IMG/VR virus record: IMGVR_UViG_3300047479_000009 | Span: 1-37,848 of that record | Strand: one strand, 5' to 3' | DNA: 37,848 bases | DNA from: a virus | Lineage: Duplodnaviria > Caudoviricetes | Shown: positions 33,880 through 37,848 of the stretch, in pieces | Position numbering within the stretch: the stretch's first letter is position 1 | How the letters are laid out: every line of letters begins with the position of its first letter | Program-made: the position numbers and the translations under genes | The notes under the pieces: generated by a model | Databases searched by the model: none | Told to the model about the DNA's origin: nothing | What the model saw: only the letters and a program-made list of their open reading frames with translations

Positions 33880-34053
33880 ATGACTGAAGACCAATTTGTC
33901 AGGGTTGCTGCCGTTTCCGTACTAATGCCCGCTTACCTGTATATATTGAAGAAGGCCAAGCAAGCCATTGCCCCCTACTGGAGCAAGATATGGACTGGTT
34001 TGCCTTACCGCATTGGCTACTGGTTGAGCAAGGCCAGGACGAGAAGCCACTAA
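33880..34053 (+). CDS. Small membrane protein antisense to the late operon, candidate superinfection exclusion factor
   Basis: 57 aa with a hydrophobic N-terminal helix and a Trp/Tyr-rich basic tail. TTGTAA-16-TATAGT lies 6 nt before the ATG. Confidence 0.5.
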   Translation: MTEDQFVRVAAVSVLMPAYLYILKKAKQAIAPYWSKIWTGLPYRIGYWLSKARTRSH

Positions 34054-35568
34054 GCCACGTAAAACGGCTTGTGCTGGCTGCGTATAAGCCGCAGCACCTG
34101 TTACCAAACCGGCAGGGATTAGCGGGTTAAATAACCCCGTACCCAAAGCGCCACCACCCAACAAAAGACGGTCTACCGTGCCGCTGTTTGGCACTTTGTT
34201 AGCCAAGAGATTCTTACCCGCTGCGCTCAAGTCCTGCATGAGTGCATTGCCTTCAGCGAATCGCGCCTTATCCTTAGAACGATCTGCCGCCTTAACAGCG
34301 TTGTGCAGTTGTGCAGGGTTAAATTGCCCGTCCTCAGCAGCAACAGAAGAAGCCGCCTTTTGCACCCGTTTGAAGTTAGCCCAACCAGTGTTTACAGCCT
34401 GCAATTCATTTGCCAAAGCAGGATTGCTACGCACTGAAAGCTGATTCAGTTGATCGCCAAGCTCACGGTAAGCCTGACTGAGCAACCTTTCGTCTGCATT
34501 GGTCGAAGCTGCCGTACGGTTGATTTGCTCTGTAATCTTGCTTTGCAGGCGTTTCAGTGTCTCGCCTGTCATAGAAGCCTGCTGTCCTTGAAACAACGGA
34601 TTTACCTCGTTTGCCAGGAATCGCTCAAACTGGTTTCTAGCACCTGTGCTGATTGCGCCTTGCTGCACCATGTTTCTAAGTGTGCCAACGCCTTGAGCAA
34701 ATTGAGGGTCTTGACGCACAGCCATATGCGGCAATAGGTTGTCGTAAGAATCACCCAATGCCCGACGCGCAAACAAGACTGCTTCGTTACCCGTAACACC
34801 GGCTGGCAACTGTTGCCCAACCTGAGCCAGTGAACGATTGATTGCGGCCACACTCAGATCATTACCGGCAGATTGCCTTGCCGATTGGATAGCGTCACCA
34901 ATGATAGGGACACTCTGCAACTTTTCTTCTACACGGTTAGCCCAACCACCTAGGGACTGCCCAACTGTAGGACGTACACCCTCATTGCGCAAAAGTTGCA
35001 GTTGTGGGTTTGTAGAGGCATTCGGGCTTATCACGCGAGAGGCACCAGTAACAGCGCCATGCACCAATGCACCACCGGCTGTACCAGTACCGACTTGCTT
35101 GGCCTTTTCAGTCCAAAAGTCACCTCCAGCCACCGGAGCGATTGCAGACGTTGCAGCGCCAGAGATAGCGGCATTAGCCAATGGTCGAGTAGTCATCATT
35201 GCAGCGCGAGAAGCCACAGCAGCGTTAGCAGGGCTTATTACGTTGCCAAACATGCGATAACCATCAATTCCAGATTCTCCTGCTGCCGTGCGTTTTGCTT
35301 GGTAGTCAGCCTCTTCTTGCTTAACCTGTTGGTCTACGCCACCCTCAGGAAACTTGGCTACAAATCCTGTCTTTTCAGCTAACCAGTTGTTGAAGTTGTT
35401 GCCAGCATCTACCATGCCTTGCGGAAGAATCTTCGTCAAAAGCTGTGCGCCACCGTCAATAGGGTCTCGCATACCCTTCAACACCTTTTCTGTACGAGAA
35501 ATAGGCTCAGGTGTAGCGTCTACGAATTCATACCGTGACTTCTGCTCGTCAACAAATTCATAGGCCAT
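33922..35568 (-). CDS. Probable DNA ejection protein
   Basis: Ala/Gly-rich helical protein with PT.GQ and PNSGT..R motifs. TAATG overlap sets the start at 35568. Confidence 0.65.
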   Translation of the reverse strand: MAYEFVDEQKSRYEFVDATPEPISRTEKVLKGMRDPIDGGAQLLTKILPQGMVDAGNNFNNWLAEKTGFVAKFPEGGVDQQVKQEEADYQAKRTAAGESGIDGYRMFGNVISPANAAVASRAAMMTTRPLANAAISGAATSAIAPVAGGDFWTEKAKQVGTGTAGGALVHGAVTGASRVISPNASTNPQLQLLRNEGVRPTVGQSLGGWANRVEEKLQSVPIIGDAIQSARQSAGNDLSVAAINRSLAQVGQQLPAGVTGNEAVLFARRALGDSYDNLLPHMAVRQDPQFAQGVGTLRNMVQQGAISTGARNQFERFLANEVNPLFQGQQASMTGETLKRLQSKITEQINRTAASTNADERLLSQAYRELGDQLNQLSVRSNPALANELQAVNTGWANFKRVQKAASSVAAEDGQFNPAQLHNAVKAADRSKDKARFAEGNALMQDLSAAGKNLLANKVPNSGTVDRLLLGGGALGTGLFNPLIPAGLVTGAAAYTQPAQAVLRGLVASRPGLAQPVANAVRQTSPYLAPVGGNGLLGLLQYIQVSGH

Positions 35569-36836
35569 TATTTGCTCTCCACCCACTGCATTCCGTTAGA
35601 GCGCAGTAGCTTTCCGGTTGTGGTGTCACGAATAGTCCGGCCCTTGTTTTCAACAGGGCTTGGCAACGAATCAAGCTGGTTAGGCTTTGGTTGGTTGATA
35701 ACAGGCTCTGGCCCAAGAATGTCAGCCTCGCTTAAATTGTTGCGCTTTGCAATTCCTGCGTACTCGGCACGTTTAGCGCCATACTGCTTTGCACTTTCAT
35801 TCAAAAGCGTGCCGGAAAGTGTTTGGAAGTCTTTGCGCTGTGCAGGCGTTAGCTTTGTGCCTTTAATCACCATGTCGGCGTAATTAACAGCACGGTCTAG
35901 CAATCCACTGGCCGCCATTGCCATGCCAAGCTCAGATTCGCGCACAACAGAGCCAGGGTCTAGAATCTTCATTAACTTGGTTGCACCGGCCAAGTCACCA
36001 GCCGGACTCGCTTGCTTTAGAGATTGGGTAATCTGCGAGTGTGCAGACTGAACTTCTCCGTAAGCCTTGTAGATTGGCTCACTTCTAAAGTCGCTTCGTA
36101 CTTTTAGCGTGTTATCAAGCCCTTTTTGGCCTTCATTGATAACCGTCTGATTGCTTGCACCGGCCTTCCTGTCTTTTATAGAAAATTCCTGATACGCCGT
36201 GTTTGGCGTTCCATCAGGAAGGAATGGCTTGTTGTAGTCAATCTTCTCTGGCTTACTTGGCGCAGTAAACAAAGTCTTGTAAGTAGTCGGGTCTACCAAA
36301 ACCTCGTCCTGTTTTAGCGTAATAGGCTTGCTGTCTTTAGTAAGAAACGGCAAAGCTCCAAGCGGGTCTTTTTGAGCATAGGACTCAATAAATCCACGCT
36401 GATCAAACGAAGCAGGAGAGGCTTTTACAGCAGGCGATACCAACTGTTGCACCGGAGGCATTTGGCGCGTCTGAGCAGGGTCTTGGCCCATTGGATTGGC
36501 TATTGCTGGCGCTGCTTGTGGCACCTGTGGCACGTCTTGAAACTGTGCAGGCTGTGCAGGTACGGACGGACGGAAAAACTTGGGTGCGTTTTCTTGCGTC
36601 CACTTTTGAATGTCTGCTGCGCGTTGTGCTTCAGCCAGTTTTAACTCCACTTCTTGCTGCTGCAAGTCCATGAGTTTGTTTTTCTTCTGCTGCTGTTTCC
36701 ACTGCTGCCCTTGTTGGACACCTTCAAGCAATCGAGTTCCGAAACCAGCACCGTCAGCGCGAGGTGCAGCGGCTGCAAGAAGGCCCAATCCTAGTTGGGC
36801 ATCACCGTTGTCGAAAAAATCTAGCAATCCTGCCAT
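35568..36836 (-). CDS. Probable DNA ejection protein
   Basis: 422 aa. Starts MAGLLD and contains K.LDPGSVVRESE. Confidence 0.65.
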   Translation of the reverse strand: MAGLLDFFDNGDAQLGLGLLAAAAPRADGAGFGTRLLEGVQQGQQWKQQQKKNKLMDLQQQEVELKLAEAQRAADIQKWTQENAPKFFRPSVPAQPAQFQDVPQVPQAAPAIANPMGQDPAQTRQMPPVQQLVSPAVKASPASFDQRGFIESYAQKDPLGALPFLTKDSKPITLKQDEVLVDPTTYKTLFTAPSKPEKIDYNKPFLPDGTPNTAYQEFSIKDRKAGASNQTVINEGQKGLDNTLKVRSDFRSEPIYKAYGEVQSAHSQITQSLKQASPAGDLAGATKLMKILDPGSVVRESELGMAMAASGLLDRAVNYADMVIKGTKLTPAQRKDFQTLSGTLLNESAKQYGAKRAEYAGIAKRNNLSEADILGPEPVINQPKPNQLDSLPSPVENKGRTIRDTTTGKLLRSNGMQWVESK

Positions 36837-36837
36837 T

Positions 36838-37848
36838 TCAGCCTCCGAATGGGTTTGTAGTCATGCCGAGATTCGACGTGCCGAAGTTGTACGGGTTAAC
36901 CACTTGGCTTTGCGGTGTACGTTGATAAGGACGGAATGCATTCAGTTGCGGTGTCATACCGTTAACCATGCCTCGGAATTGGTTTCCAAGTCCGGCAGAG
37001 TTGTTGTAAGCCTGCTGTTGGAAGGCAGAGAAAGGATTGTCTTGATACTGCTTTTGAAGCTGTTGCCCACGAGCTAAGTTAGCCTTCATCCATTCTTGAG
37101 CAGGTGCCCAAGGGTCTTTATTCGCTGTGGTTGAGGTGGACGAGTTGCCGGAGCCTAGTGCTCCGAGTGCAGCACCAATCAAGCCCTTGTTATCACTCGC
37201 TAGTTTCAATAATTCGTCTGCTGTCATAGCACCTCCCGCTGCGCCAATTCCTGCGCCTGTAGATAAACCAGGGTAAGCAGCACCACTAGCTGCACCCGCT
37301 GCCGTACTTGCTGCGTCAACACCTGCCATAGTCGTTGTATTCACTGGCACCGCACTAGCGCCTGCGTCAGCAAGCAAACCACTTGCAGGAGCGGTTGCAG
37401 CTACAGGTGCAGCGGAAGTCGTAGCGGCAGGCGCAGCAGCAGAGGCCAATCCAGCCGCAGTAGAAAACGGAGTGATTGTTTGGGTAGCAGTTACGCCAGC
37501 GTCACCGAGGAATCCACCTGTAGCGAGTGGCATATCCATTGTTAGTCCAGCAGGAGCAGAAGCAGCACCAGCAGTACCCAACAGGCCTGCATTGCTCAAC
37601 GCTCCACCCGTCATTGCAGCAGCAGTCAATCCAAGGACAGGATCAGACGTAATCGCATTAGCAGCGTTTTTTAGCCCACCAAACAAGTCACCAAGAAATC
37701 CACCGCCACCGCTAGAAGGCGTGTAGCTACCGTTAGAAACACCCTGAGAGTTATAGATAGTTACCGTGCCATCAGGATTGACTTGCTTATAGTTTGGAGC
37801 AGATCCTGTATCGTCAGGGATTGCTGTGATAGAGCCGTTTGCCAATCC
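36838..37848 (-). CDS. 3' part of the junction-spanning Ala/Gly-rich ejection protein (starts at 340)
   Basis: Frame is continuous through the 127-nt overlap. T..DPWAPAQ motif. Confidence 0.75.
   Translation of the reverse strand, partial: GLANGSITAIPDDTGSAPNYKQVNPDGTVTIYNSQGVSNGSYTPSSGGGGFLGDLFGGLKNAANAITSDPVLGLTAAAMTGGALSNAGLLGTAGAASAPAGLTMDMPLATGGFLGDAGVTATQTITPFSTAAGLASAAAPAATTSAAPVAATAPASGLLADAGASAVPVNTTTMAGVDAASTAAGAASGAAYPGLSTGAGIGAAGGAMTADELLKLASDNKGLIGAALGALGSGNSSTSTTANKDPWAPAQEWMKANLARGQQLQKQYQDNPFSAFQQQAYNNSAGLGNQFRGMVNGMTPQLNAFRPYQRTPQSQVVNPYNFGTSNLGMTTNPFGG
37722..37848. repeat. Terminal direct repeat, copy of 1-127
   Basis: Direct sequence identity to positions 1-127. Confidence 0.95.

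Overview
The window is a complete, circularly assembled temperate phage genome of about 37,721 bp. Positions 1-127 and 37722-37848 are identical, which looks like an assembler overlap, and one gene spans the junction. The virion module is podovirus/P22-like on the minus strand: small and PBSX-type large terminase, portal, a putative head-fibre module, scaffold, major capsid, adaptor, nozzle, four probable ejection proteins and an S74-chaperone tail fibre. It is followed by a GH19 lysis cassette and a polyvalent-type effector gene. The early region is lambdoid, with cro/cI, CTTAG-N6-CTAAG operators, ninB/ninG, ERF, a SpoVG-like SSB, xis and a tyrosine integrase with an attP containing a tRNA 3' end. 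The host is probably a betaproteobacterium (inference). The most notable observations are: (1) a repressor lacking a self-cleavage domain, with a LexA-box-covered promoter driving a 60-aa ORF antisense into its 3' end; (2) a repressor-controlled, highly structured non-coding region of about 400 nt with a kissing-loop/terminator element, in a genome with no recognisable complete replication initiator or helicase; (3) a repeated CATTACCA-N5/6-NANAAT late-promoter motif; (4) an LPD23/metallopeptidase/ART-like gene interrupted by one in-frame TGA; (5) early genes built from shuffled short modules. All family assignments come from motif recognition by eye, and no database searches were run.
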